Shown here: positions 50,365 to 61,946 of the stretch, one piece after another | Position numbering within the stretch: the stretch's first letter is position 1 | How the letters are laid out: each line of letters starts with the position of its first letter | Source of the DNA: Heptranchias perlo | Taxonomy: Eukaryota | Length of the DNA stretch: 64,000 nt | Reading direction: 5' to 3' | Assembly (NCBI RefSeq): GCF_035084215.1 | Contig: NC_090352.1 | Coordinates: 744,001 to 808,000, forward strand | The notes under the pieces: model-generated | What the model was told of the DNA's origin: nothing | Databases searched by the model: none | What the model saw: the letters and a program-made list of their open reading frames with translations, nothing else | Program-made: the position numbers and the translations under genes

Positions 50365-53020
50365 ATTTACAGCACAGAAACAGGCCATTCGGCCCAACAG
50401 CTGGTGCTAATGCTCCACACGCACCTCCTCCCACCCCTACATCATCTTACACTATCACCATACCCTTCTATTCTTTTCTCCCTCGTGTTTTTTTCTAGCT
50501 TCCCCTTAAATACATCCATGCCATTTGCCTCAACTACTCCTTGTGGTAGCGAGTTCCTCATTCTAATCACTCTCTGAGTAAAGAAATTTCTCCTGAATTC
50601 CCTTTTGGATTTATTAGTGACTATCTTATATTTATGACTCCTGGTTTTGGTCTCCCCCACAGGTGGAAACATCGTCTCTACCCTTTTATAATTTTAAACA
50701 CTTCTATCAGGTCACCCCTCAGCCTTTTCTTTTCGAGAGAAAAGAGCCCCAGCCTGTTCAATCTTTGCTGGGAGGTATAACCTCTCAGTTCGGGTATCAT
50801 CCTGGTAAATCTTTATGCCCCTTCTCCAGTTTCTCTATATCCTTTTTATAATGTGGATTATGATTTCTCTTTTGTTATTTATGTGTCTGTAGAATACTTT
50901 ACTATTTCTTTTAACATTCCTTGATAACTTAATTTCATAGTTCCTCTTTGTTCTCCCAATTGTTTTTTTTACTTCTTTCCTAACCTCTTCACATTCCCTT
51001 TTGTCATCCTCTCCTTTATTGTCTATGATGTATTTAGAGTATTCCTTTTTCTTTCGTTTCAATTTTTCCCTCATCTCTTTATTCATCCACACTGTTCATT
51101 ATTGGTTAGTTTATTCTTGTTATTTAGAGGAATATATTTCTCCTAAACTCTACTGATCACCGTCTTAGATATTTCCCACTGCTGTTCTATCTCTTTGTTT
51201 ATTTTTTTTCTGGTTTACCTTCCCTAGTTCCATTTTCATTCCCTCAAAATGAGCTTTTTTCCAATCTATTATTTTGGTCTTTGTCTGTCTTACGTCTTTC
51301 TCAATCTTTATCGTAAACCTTATTACATTGTGATCGCTATTGCCTAGATGTTCCCTTACACTTACTTTTCTTATTTGCTCTGGTTCATTTCCCATTACTA
51401 GATCCAGCAGTGATTCCTCTCCTGTTGGGCTTCTCACAGACTGGGTAAGAAAGTACACACTGTAAAAACTCCATTCCCCTTTCAACTTTCACGACCTCTT
51501 CTTGCCAGTTTATTTGGGGGTAGTTGAAATTTCCCATGATTATTATTCGATGTCTTTTACTCATTTCCTGGATTTGTCTTCTTATTTCATCCTCCACTTC
51601 CCTTCCACTATTGGGTGGTCTATAGAATGTGCCTATTAATGTGATCAATCCCTTCCTATCCTGTGTCTCAATCCATATGGATTCTGTTTCTATCTTAATG
51701 TTAGTTATGTCCCTTTTTGTCTAGTGTCATTATGTTGTCTCTAATTCGTACAGTTACCCCCACTTTGCCCTTCTTCCTTCCCTATCCTTTCTAAATATGT
51801 TTTATCCTGCAATATTTAACTGCCAGTCCTGTTCTTTATGTAGCCATGTTTCAGTTATCCCTTTTACATCCGGCTCCTCTCTATGAATTATTGCCTCCAG
51901 TTTCCCTGTTTTGTTTTGGTCACTGTGCACATTGCCGTACAGGCAATTTAATTTGTTTTTAATAATTGTTCCTGTCATTTTATACTCTGTTCCCTGACCG
52001 TTTATGTTACCTTTATTCTTTACCTTAGTCTGACCTTTACTCTCATCTTTTATCCTCAGACCTATGTTATCCTCAGCAGATCCCTCCCCCCGTCTCACTA
52101 GTTTAAAGTCCTATCCTCGGCCCTATTTATCCTCTCCTCTAGGACACTGATCCCACTCTGGTTCAGCTGGAGCCTGTCCCAGTGGTACAGCTCCTTCCTG
52201 TCCCAGTACTGGTGCCAGTGTCCCATGAAATGGATCCCCTCCTTCCCAAACCAGTCTCTCAAACACACATTCACCTTCCTGATCTGCCGATCCCTGGGCC
52301 AATTAGCACGTGGCTCGGGTAGTAATCCCGAGATTACCACCCGTGAGGTCCTGCTTTTTAATTTAGTTCCCAGCTTCTGATATTCCCTGAGCAGGACCTC
52401 CCTTCTCTTCCCTATGTCATTGATCCCAACATGGACAACAACAACTGGGTTATCCCCCTCACTCTCCAGTTGCTCCGAGATGTCCTTTACTCGTGCACCA
52501 GGTAGGCAACACACCCTCCTGGACTCTCTGTCGTGACTGTAGGGGACACTATCTATCCCCCTAATTATCGAATCCCCTATGACTACAACCTTTCTATTTT
52601 TCTCCTCTCCCCCTGGGACTGCCCCCTGCTCCATGGTGCCATGGTTCGCATTCTGGCTGTCCACCCCGAAGCCTACATCCTCATCCTCACAGATAGCAAG
52701 TATATTGTACCTGTTGGACAGGACCAGTGTCTGCAGGACCTCCTTCTCTGCCTCCCCTTGGTTCCCCACACCTGCTGACTAACAGTCACTCTCCCCCCCT
52801 GTACCTGTGCTTTCCTCTGAAGTGTGACTTGATTCTGGAGAGAACTATCCAGAAATTCCTCCCCCTCCCTTATATGTCTCTAACTCACGCTCCAGCTCAA
52901 GGGCTCTGAGCCGGAGTGTCTCAAGGCAGAGACATTTCCTGCAGATGTGGCAACCTGGGACAGCCTTGTTGTCCACAGACTCCCACAAACTGCAGTCCCG
53001 TCACATTGCCTGTGCTGCCA
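50365..53020 (-). mobile_element. CR1 with ORF1 (SGNH esterase) and APE, RT core deleted near 50852
   Basis: VVVIGDSIIRG, CLPGARVKDI, VHVGINDIG, then ITETWL, YRPP, GNFN, NSDHN, joined directly to the ORF2 C-terminus and 3' UTR. Confidence 0.88.
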
Positions 53021-53633
53021 TTTCTAATCTTTATTTCTTGATTTATTAGTTATCAGCAGTTTATTGCTAGAACCAATAGAATCACTTGAGATCTAGATTA
53101 TATTTAGTAGATGGATTTAGCTTGATTTCAAATTAATTAGTAATTAGTTGCTCTGATTATTTATTTATGTAACTATTTATTTAAAGTTGATAACATTTGA
53201 TAAAGTTTAAATTAAACACTTAGCTTAAATTCCTCAGGTTCTGCTGCTCCTCCCTCTACATTGTCTGTGGCATCACTTTATCCCCAAATTTGTTTACTTG
53301 TGTTCTGCTGCTCACTTGCTCTTTTTAAATGCTCTGCATTCCCGCTCTTTTTGAGCGTCGTTGTGAGGAAACACTTTGCTGACTGCATACTTTGCCCATC
53401 GACTAGTGACAGTCACATTCAAGTCAGCAAACAGTTTCCTCAATTGTTCCTGGGTTCTCTGGGTGGTTGGGACAGTGTTTACTCTTTATGCCATTGCCTC
53501 CCAGGCATTCTGCACTGCTGTCCTGTCGGGAGGATGCCTCGTGCCAAATGGACAACTCTCCTTCCCCCCACTTCCTGGTGCAACAACGTCCTAATGTCTC
53601 TAAATCAAGATGTCCTGCATGGTGCTGTCCCAT

Positions 53634-53947
53634 TACAACAACAACAACTTGCATTTATATAGCGCCTTTAATGTGGTAAAAGGTCCCAAGGCACTTCACA
53701 GGAGTGATTATCAAACAAAACTTTGACCAAGTCACATAAGGAGATATCTGGACAGATGAACAAAAACTTGGTCAAAGAGGTAGGTTTTAGGGAGCGTCAT
53801 AAAGAAGGAGAGGGAGAGAGGCGGAGAGGCATAGGGAGCAAATTCCAGAACTTAGGGCTTAGACGGCTGAAGGCACGGTCGTCAATGGTGGAGCGAAGAA
53901 AATTGGGGATGCACAAGATGCCAGAATTGGAGCAGCGCAGAGATCTG
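53634..53947 (-). mobile_element. L2 LINE 3' fragment
   Basis: (ACA)n tail followed by CTTGCATTTATATAGCGCC; homologous to 10230-10549 in reverse orientation. Confidence 0.82.
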
Positions 53948-54442
53948 CGCATTCAAAATAACCCTTCTCTTTAAATAGCTACCTTAGCCCTTTAAGTAGC
54001 TGCGGCAGAGCAGCATTCCTTCCTACCCCTCCCACCTCCCCCTTCAACATCCGAGCTTCCACTGACTGGTGGGTTAAATACCAGGACTTTCCAATGCAAT
54101 TGGTAATGAGGCCCAAACCATAAGTTGGAGTAGGAAAGGCAGAGTGAAGTACAAGGGGAAACAATACTGTAATAAGTTTCCAGCTGCTACACTCTGAAAA
54201 TTTGTTCCACTATTGCTAAGGCGTTTTGGGCTAGTTACGTTGGTACTTGATGTACCATAAGCTTCCTTAAAAGGGCAGCTCAGGCACTTGGCTAAATGTG
54301 TCTTGTCTCACTGGCTGCTATACCAGTCTTCACTAATGTTTCTGCAGCTCTTCCTCATTTTCATTGCCTCCTTTCTGTTCTGGCAGGCCTGTTTGATTTT
54401 TCTCTTTCTCCATGATTAGCCCCTTTTTGCAGAGCAAAGCTA

Positions 54443-54768
54443 TGGAGAATGCAGCCTGTCACGATGATCTCGGTGACCTTGGGCAGGGCGTGGTGTGGGA
54501 GGATGCAGCCTGTCACGATGATCTCGGTGACTTTGGGCAGGGTGTGGTGTGGGAGGATGCAGCCTGTCACGATGATCTCGGTGACTTTGGGCAGGGTGTG
54601 GTGTGGGAGGATGCAGCCTGTCACAATGATCTCGGTGACCTTGGGCAGGGTGTGGTGTGGGAGAATGCAGCCTGTCACGATGATCTCGGTGACCTTGGGC
54701 AGGGTGTGGTGTGGGAGGATGCAGCCTGTCACGATGATCTCGGTGACCTTGGGCAGGGTGTGGTGTGG
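54443..54768. repeat. 54-bp minisatellite x6 (ATGCAGCCTGTCACGATGATCTCGGTGACCTTGGGCAGGGTGTGGTGTGGGAG[G/A])
   Basis: Period 54 (54449 to 54503); near-identical copies. Confidence 0.96.
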
Positions 54769-55199
54769 TCTTTGAAGTTGCTTCTGATGCTATGCTCACT
54801 AATGATACTGGTGGTCAGATGAGCCTCAGTCTATCTGACCTCTGCTTTTGTCTGTGAATCCGCCCCCGGTATCGTTAGTTAGCTCTGACGGAGCAGCCTC
54901 AGTCTCTCAGTTGCAAATCTTGCACTCTACTTTCCCCTGCAAAGAAAGGCAGCAAATGATTTGTGCAAAATGAATGCATTGTGGGGGCTGCTGAGGTCAT
55001 GGGAATTGACTTGCATTATTCTGTTGTGTGGTCGTAGACCAGCTGAATGTTTAGAGAGTAGAACCCCTTTCTGTTCATGTGTCCTACAGCATTATGGGCA
55101 CTGGCCCAAATGCTACATACTCAGTCAATCACTCTTTGCACTTGTGGAAATCTGGAAGTGCGATGGAATTGTGTTGATTTCTCACACGGCCTCCTGAAT

Positions 55200-55500
55200 A
55201 AAACATCAGTCACCCCCTTGATGTGTCTGTCGATAGTGACCTGGGTCCCCAGACGTTCCCAGCACTAACCTAGAAGGAACCAAAAGTATAATAATGAAGT
55301 GCCATGGTGATCTTGATGACTATTGGCAATGCCGTCTGGATTGTAGGTATTGACTGCAGGTCCTCATGTAGGAGATGGCACGATTTAGTCATGACCTCAC
55401 TGCTAAACTGTGGCAGAAGCCACTGCTCCTCAGTCAATTCCAGGTAGCTGTCACTGGAATGATGCATCCAATGGGGGCACAGTGATGAGATGGACAGTAG
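55200..55500 (-). mobile_element. Degraded PIF/Harbinger transposase N-terminal fragment
   Basis: SYLELTEEQW...EVMTKSCHLLHEDLQ...TALPIVIKITMALHYYTFGSF resembles the Harbinger/HARBI1 motif ALPVAVKVTVALNFYASGSFQ (recalled). Confidence 0.65.
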
Positions 55501-55629
55501 GCCTTGGTTCCACCTTACATCTCTGTCAGCCATTCCTTTTCCTGCTTCTTCAGCCAAGTCCAGTGCCAGGGGAGCACCAAATGTTGTGCTGATTGTACTG
55601 TGTATACAGAACAGCATTAGGTGCCAGTA

Positions 55630-55820
55630 ATAATGCCTCAACTCCGAGTGAGAAGGTCATGGGGTCAAGTCCCAATCCAGAGGCTTGAGCACAAAATCTA
55701 TGCTGATAATTCAGTGCAGTACTGAGGGAGTGCTGCACTGCCGGAGGTGCTGTCTTTCGGATAAGATGTTAAACCGAGGCCCATCTGCTCTCTCAGGTGG
55801 ACGTAAAAGATCCCATGACA
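55630..55820 (+). mobile_element. SacSINE1-like 5' part
   Basis: B-box-like GGGTCAAGTCCC, then CAGTACTGAGGGAGTGCTGCACTG and GGACGTAAAAGATCCCATG. Confidence 0.8.
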
Positions 55821-56251
55821 TTGGGCCAGAAACCGCTCCCCAAATTACGGAGGAGCTCAACCGCACTCCCTGTCTTTAGTGGTGAATTGAAGGAGCAAGT
55901 TCCAGGTTCAGACATGTGCAGTGAAACGCAGAAATCTGGAACTTGCTCTTATTGGTTCACTGGCGATAAGACAGCTTCGAATTAAAGGGCCATCACACGC
56001 TGCAATCAGAGAAATCATTGAAAAATCGCCAACTTGCTTATCCGCCCAGCTAGAAGGTAACTAATTATGCCACAAAACAGGTATACTTAAAAATACAGGT
56101 CTAAACTTAGTTTTAACAGCGTGGTAAATCTTAACGACTGCCAAACACTTAAAAATTAACTTTTGAAAGTATGGAGTCTCATATTACTCCTTATTTTAAT
56201 AGTTATGGGGCCCTTTTAAAAAAAATTATTTAAATTAAAAAATTATCCTGG

Positions 56252-58401
56252 GGCAGCGCTCCCCCTCCCCACTGGCACTCCGGGTCAGCGCTCCCCCTCC
56301 CCACTGGCACTCCGGGTCAGCGCTCCCCCTCCCCACTGGCACTCCGGGTCAGCGCTCCCTCTGCCCACTGACACTCCGGGTCAGCGCTCCCTCTGCCCAC
56401 TGACTCTCCCAGTTCAGCGCTCCCCCTCCCCACTGGCACTCCGGGTCAGCGCTCCCCCTCCCCACTGACACTCCGGGTCAGCGCTCCCTCTGCCCACTGA
56501 CTCTCCCGGGTCAGCGCTCCCTCTGCCCAATGACTCTCCCGGGTCAGCGCTCCCTCTGCCCACTGACTCTCCCGGGTCAGCGCTCCCTCTACCCACTGAC
56601 TCTCCTAGTTCAGCGCTCCCTCTGCCCACTGACTCTCCTAGTTCAGCGCTCCCTCTGCCCAATGACTCTCATGGTTCAGCGCTCCCTCTGCCCACTGACT
56701 CACCCGGGTCAGCGCTCCCTCTGCCCACTGACTCTCCCGGGTCAGCACTCCCTCTGCCCACTGACTCTCCCGGGTCAGCACTCCCTCTGCCCACTGACTC
56801 TCCTAGTTCAGCGCTCCCTATGCCCACTGACTCTCCCGGGTCAGCGCTCCCTCTGCCCACTGACTCTCCCGGGTCAGCACTCCCTCTGCCCAATGACTCT
56901 CCCGGGTCAGCGCTCCCTCTGCCCACTGACTCTCCCGGGTCAGCGCTCCCTCTACCCACTGACTCTCCTAGTTCAGCGCTCCCTCTGCCCACTGACTCTC
57001 CTAGTTCAGCGCTCCCTCTGCCCAATGACTCTCATGGTTCAGCGCTCCCTCTGCCCACTGACTCACCCGGGTCAGCGCTCCCTCTGCCCACTGACTCTCC
57101 CGGGTCAGCACTCCCTCTGCCCACTGACTCTCCCGGGTCAGCACTCCCTCTGCCCACTGACTCTCCTAGTTCAGCGCTCCCTATGCCCACTGACTCTCCC
57201 GGGTCAGCGCTCCCTCTGCCCACTGACTCTCCCGGGTCAGCGCTCCCTCTGCCCACTGACTCTCCCGGGTCAGCGCTCCCTCTGCCCACTGACTCTCCCG
57301 GGTCAGCGCTCCCTCTGCCCACTGTCTCTCCTAGTTCAGCACTCCCTCTGCCCACTGACTCTCCCGGGTCAGCGCTCCCTCTGCCCACTGACTCTCCCGG
57401 GTCAGCGCTCCCTCTGCCCACTGACTCTCCCGGGTCAGCGCTCCCTCTGCCCACTGACTCTCCCGGGTCAGCGCTCCCTCTGCCCACTGACTCTCCTAGT
57501 TCAGTGCTCCCTCTGCCCACTGACTCTCCCGGGTCAGCGCTCCCTCTGCCCACTGTCTCTCCTAGTTCAGCACTCCCTCTGCCCACTGACTCTCCCGGGT
57601 CAGCGCTCCCTCTGCCCACTGACTCTCCCGGGTCAGCGTTCCCTCTGCCCACTGACTCTCCCGGGTCAGCGCTCCCTCTGCCCACTGACTCTCCTAGTTC
57701 AGCACTCCCTCTGCCCACTGACTCTCCCGGGTCAGCACTCCCTCTCCCCACTGACTCTCCTAGTTCAGCGCTCCCTATGCCCACTGACTCTCCTAGTTCA
57801 GCGCTCCCTATGCCCACTGACTCTCCTGGTTCAGCGCTCCCTCTGCCCACTGACTCTCCCGGGTCAGCGCTCCCTCTGCCCACTGACTCTCCCGGGTCAG
57901 CGCTCCCTCTGCCCACTGACTCTCCCGGGTCAGCGCTCCCTCTGCCCACTGACTCTCCCGGGTCAGCGCTCCCTCTGCCCACTGTCTCTCCTAGTTCAGC
58001 ACTCCCTCTGCCCACTGACTCTCCCGGGTCAGCGCTCCCTCTGCCCACTGACTCTCCCGGGTCAGCGCTCCCTCTGCCCACTGACTCTCCCGGGTCAGCG
58101 CTCCCTCTGCCCACTGACTCTCCTAATTCAGTGCTCCCTCTGCCCACTGACTCTCCCGGGTCAGCGCTCCCTCTGCCCACTGTCTCTCCTAGTTCAGCAC
58201 TCCCTCTGCCCACTGACTGTCCTGGTTCAGCGCTCCCTCTGCCCACTGACTCTCATGGTTCAGCACTCCCTCTGCCCACTGACTCTCCCGGGTCAGCGCT
58301 CCCTCTGCCCACTGACTCTCCCGGGTCAGCGCTCCCTCTGCCCACTGACTCTCCCGGGTCAGCGCTCCCTCTGCCCACTGACTCTCCCGGGTCAGCGCTC
58401 C
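56252..58401. repeat. 33-bp minisatellite (GGGTCAGCGCTCCCTCTGCCCACTGACTCTCCC), about 65 copies; the first units are about 32 bp
   Basis: Directly visible; includes a 363-bp (11-unit) block duplication starting at about 56530 and 56893. Confidence 0.98.
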
Positions 58402-58509
58402 AGGATTGACCCTAATGTGCACCCAGGTATTTGCCAGTGATGTTCCTGAGCTCCTCATGGTGAAGGTGAGTGGGAGGGGCTTCAGTTGCTGAGTTTATTT
58501 TTCTTTCAG

Positions 58510-58919
58510 TGGGTAGTCAGGGTCAGAGGTCGTGGGTTCAAGTCCCAGTCCAAAGACTTGAGCACATAATCCAGGCTGACACTCCTGGTGCAGTACTGAG
58601 GGAGTACTGCACTGTCAGAGGCACCGTCTGCCCTTTCAGTTGGATATAAAAGATCCCATGGCACTATTTTGAAGAAGAGCAGGGGAGTTCTCCCCACTAT
58701 CCTGGGGCCAATATTTATCTCTCAACCAATATCACTAAAACAGATTATCTGGTCATTATCACGTTGATGTTTGTGGGATCTTGCTGTGCACAAATTAGCT
58801 GCCACGTTTCTGACATTACAACAGTGACTACATTCCAAAAGTACTTCATTGGCTGTAAAGCGCTTTGGGACGTCCTGAGGTTGTGAAAGACGCTATATAA
58901 ATGCAAGATCTTTCTTTTT
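58510..58919 (+). mobile_element. SacSINE1-like (tRNA-derived DeuSINE), near full length
   Basis: B box GGTTCAAGTCC, central domain, and an L2-like end CGCTATATAAATGCAAGAT followed by a CTTT tail. Confidence 0.85.
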
Positions 58920-59294
58920 CTGTGGGCAGGTGTGTAGTCTCAGTTTGATACTTTGGCCAAAACCAGGAATTTGCCAACTAGGAAACATTACCCGAGTCAT
59001 CCCATTCTGAGGGTCGCTGCATTGGAGATCCAGAGTGTTGCTCTTTCATCTCAGTGGAGGTTGTGAGAGAAAGTCGTTCCTGTATTTAAGGTCAGGTAGT
59101 TGTGGAGGATTTCTTAAATCCAAGTAATCGTAGATTTCCCATCCTGGCTTTGTATTTGTTCCTATTGTGTAGGATCATGTTATTCTTTAGACTCCTTGAT
59201 TAAGAGCAAAAAAAAAAATTATTAAGGAAATAATAAATAAAAGTTTTGAACTGTGCCTGAAGATCTCACATCCTTGATTAGTTTCTTGTGCTAG

Positions 59295-59398
59295 TTACAG
59301 GACTGTCATCAGACCCACGTACAAGGTGTCCTACAAGAATGTGACTGCCCTGGAATGGAGATGCTGCCCAGGATTCATGGGAAACAGCTGTGAGGATG
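59295..59398 (+). CDS. COL26A1: Collagen XXVI alpha-1 (EMID2)-like coding exon, C-terminal half of the EMI domain (probable exon 3)
   Basis: TTTCTTGTGCTAG acceptor and G|GTAAGT donor; 104 nt, in frame with the previous exon. Translates (S)YRTVIRPTYKVSYKNVTALEWRCCPGFMGNSCED, containing the EMI signature W-R/K-C-C-P-G. Confidence 0.93.
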
Positions 59399-59935
59399 GT
59401 AAGTCAGTGAGAAGTTGAGTTACTGGGAGCCTGGTGGAGCACATGATGGTCACTCAGAGCACTACCCCACCGGGCATGGCAATGCAACGGCCCCAACTTG
59501 TACACAAAGTCAGTGAGAAGTTGAAATGGCGGGTGATTCCTCAATCCCACGATGCAAGTGGGAAACTTCATGTCAACAAGCCGGAGCTACAATGCCTCCG
59601 CTGGGATCCCAGGATTGCGGAATCACCCCTAACGCCTGGGTACAGAAAGAGTAGGGCTGGACTTAATGGGTGATTTTAGCACCAAAACATGGTATTTCCC
59701 GGGGATGGCAATTGGAGTTTGGGAAGTAGGCACCCTCAAAGCTCAGCTTGTGCAAACATTCACTGATGATGGTAACTTCTTAAATGAACTGTTATTTTCA
59801 GTCAATGACTTTTTATCAGAAACTGTGCCAAATGTGTAAAGTACAGATTTAGGGCCATGGGAAACCCTGGAATAGTGTTGGTGTTGGGACCTCTGTCTCA
59901 AAGCTTCACTGTTCTCATTGTGGACTTGCACTGAG

Positions 59936-60591
59936 CACTGGTTCCACACTGGTATTACTGCCTCTAACTCTTACACTGGTTCCACACTGGTATTACTGCC
60001 TCTAACTCTTACACTGGTTCCACACTGGTATTACTGCCTCTAACCCTTACACTGGTTCCACACTGGTATTACTGCCTCTAACCCCTGCACTGGTTCCACA
60101 CTGGTATTACTGCCTCTAACCCTTACACTGGTTCCACACTGGTATTACTGCCTCCAACCCTTACACTGGTTCCACACTGGTATTACTGCCTCTAACCCCT
60201 GCACTGGTTCCACACTGGTATTACTGCCTCTAACTCTTACACTGGTTCCACACTGGTATTACTGCCTCTAACCCCTGCACTGGTTCCACACTGGTATTAC
60301 TGCCTCTAACCCCTGCACTGGTTCCACACTGGTATTACTGCCTCTAACTCTTACACTGGTTCCACACTGGTATTACTGCCTCTAACCCTTACACTGGTTC
60401 CACACTGGTATTACTGCCTCTAACTCTTACACTGGTTCCACACTGGTATTACTGCCTCTAACCCTTACACTGGTTCCACACTGGTATTACTGCCTCTAAC
60501 TCTTACACTGGTTCCACACTGGTATTACTGCCTCTAACTCTTACACTGGTTCCACACTGGTATTACTGCCTCTAACCCTTGCACTGGTTCC
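59936..60591. repeat. 38-bp minisatellite (CACTGGTTCCACACTGGTATTACTGCCTCTAAC[T/C]C[T/C]T[A/G]), about 17 copies
   Basis: Period 38 (59941 to 59979). Confidence 0.97.
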
Positions 60592-61581
60592 GGACGGGTA
60601 TTGTATAGAATGGTGCCTGGCAGTGGGCACCAAGACTCATTCGAATTATGAGGCTCTGTAAAAGCTGGAGTGAGTTGCCAGTGCCAGAATCTCAAGATTG
60701 AATTACAGCCTTTAACTCAAGCTTTAATACTTCCTTTATTATTTTATATAATAGTTATTTAGTTATTTTTGAGTACTGAGGAAGCAAAGTAATTTTTTTA
60801 CTGATATGTACTCACTGAGTTTAATATTGATCAGTGTCTGTCAATTAGTTTAGGAACCACTCTGTATTTATTATGCAAAGTATAATCGTTAACTGTAGTA
60901 GCTGTTTAGCATAGGATTGCTCATTCATTAGTTTTCATCATCCGGCCTCTTAATTGGATACAATTCTTGTTGAAATTGCTTACTATGAGATTTTACCCCC
61001 TGAAATGGATCTCCCGGACACGCACAGTGACACTGTGATGTTGCTCTTTCTATTGGGACTGTAACTACCACCTGGCTCTCTCACCAGGTAAGTGGCTCTG
61101 AACTACTGAGACTGTAAGACCCTTTCCAAAATCAGAGGTGAGTTTGAACACCAGCACAGCTCAACGCTCAAACTTGGCAATTTAGGTTGGGAGGAAATCT
61201 CGAAACTACTGTTGTCTGGAGTGATAATAGGAGTAGAATCACTAATACTGTGATTGGGCTGCTCGTTGTCAGAAGTATATCAATTCAAAAAATAAATTAA
61301 TTTCAAAGAGCCAGGACTCCTGCTCCTTTGCTGATGATGCCACTTTAAGTTAACAATGGCCTTCTCAATGCTTGATGTTTCAGCAGAACAGTGTGTCCTA
61401 AAGTGACACACGGACTAGTCAACAACACAATGAGGAAAGCAGGCTCCGCACGTCTTACAAATGACAGTTTCAGATGCCCTGTGTTTCTTTTATGCCACTT
61501 GCTGCTTGCAGCTCTTTCAAACCATGGAGATTTCCTGCTAATAAGAGACGATTGTCAGGGTTTCCTGGAACTAACCTGTGG

Positions 61582-61946
61582 ATACCGGGTACAGGAGGGG
61601 CAATACACCGTACAGGAGGGGCAATACCCCGTACAGGAGGGGCAATACCCAGTACAGGAGGGGCAAAACCCGGTACAGGAGGGGCAAAACCCGGTACAGG
61701 AGGGGCAAAACCCGGTACAGGAGGGGCAAAACCCGGTACAGGAGGGGCAATACCCGGTACAGGAGGGGCAATACCCGGTACAGGAGGGGCAATACCCCGT
61801 ACAGAGGAGCAATACCCAGTACAGGAGGGGCAATACCCAGTACAGGAGGGGCAATACCCCGTACAGGAGGGGCAATACCCCGTACAGGAGGGGCAATACC
61901 CCGTACAGAGGGGCAATACCCAGTACAGGATGGGCAATACCCAGTA
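61582..61946. repeat. 21-bp minisatellite (GTACAGGAGGGGCAA[T/A]ACCC[C/A/G]), about 17 copies
   Basis: Directly visible; two 20-bp units cause the frameshifts seen in the ORF track. Confidence 0.96.

Noticed and set aside
56530-58440. 636-aa and 529-aa Pro/Ser-rich ORFs that could be taken for collagen or mucin exons
   Set aside because: A 33-bp minisatellite with no Gly-X-Y pattern, lying between two in-frame EMI exons.
59936-60591. CRISPR-like appearance of the 38-bp (and 29-, 33-, 37-bp) repeats
   Set aside because: Units are directly abutting with no unique spacers, there are no cas genes, and the context is vertebrate.
61020-61095. Strong donor CAG|GTAAGT at 61087 as a candidate exon 4 end
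   Set aside because: The nearby upstream AG acceptors I tested give stops in the required phase, and there is no similarity to the expected C-x-N-C/coiled-coil exon.
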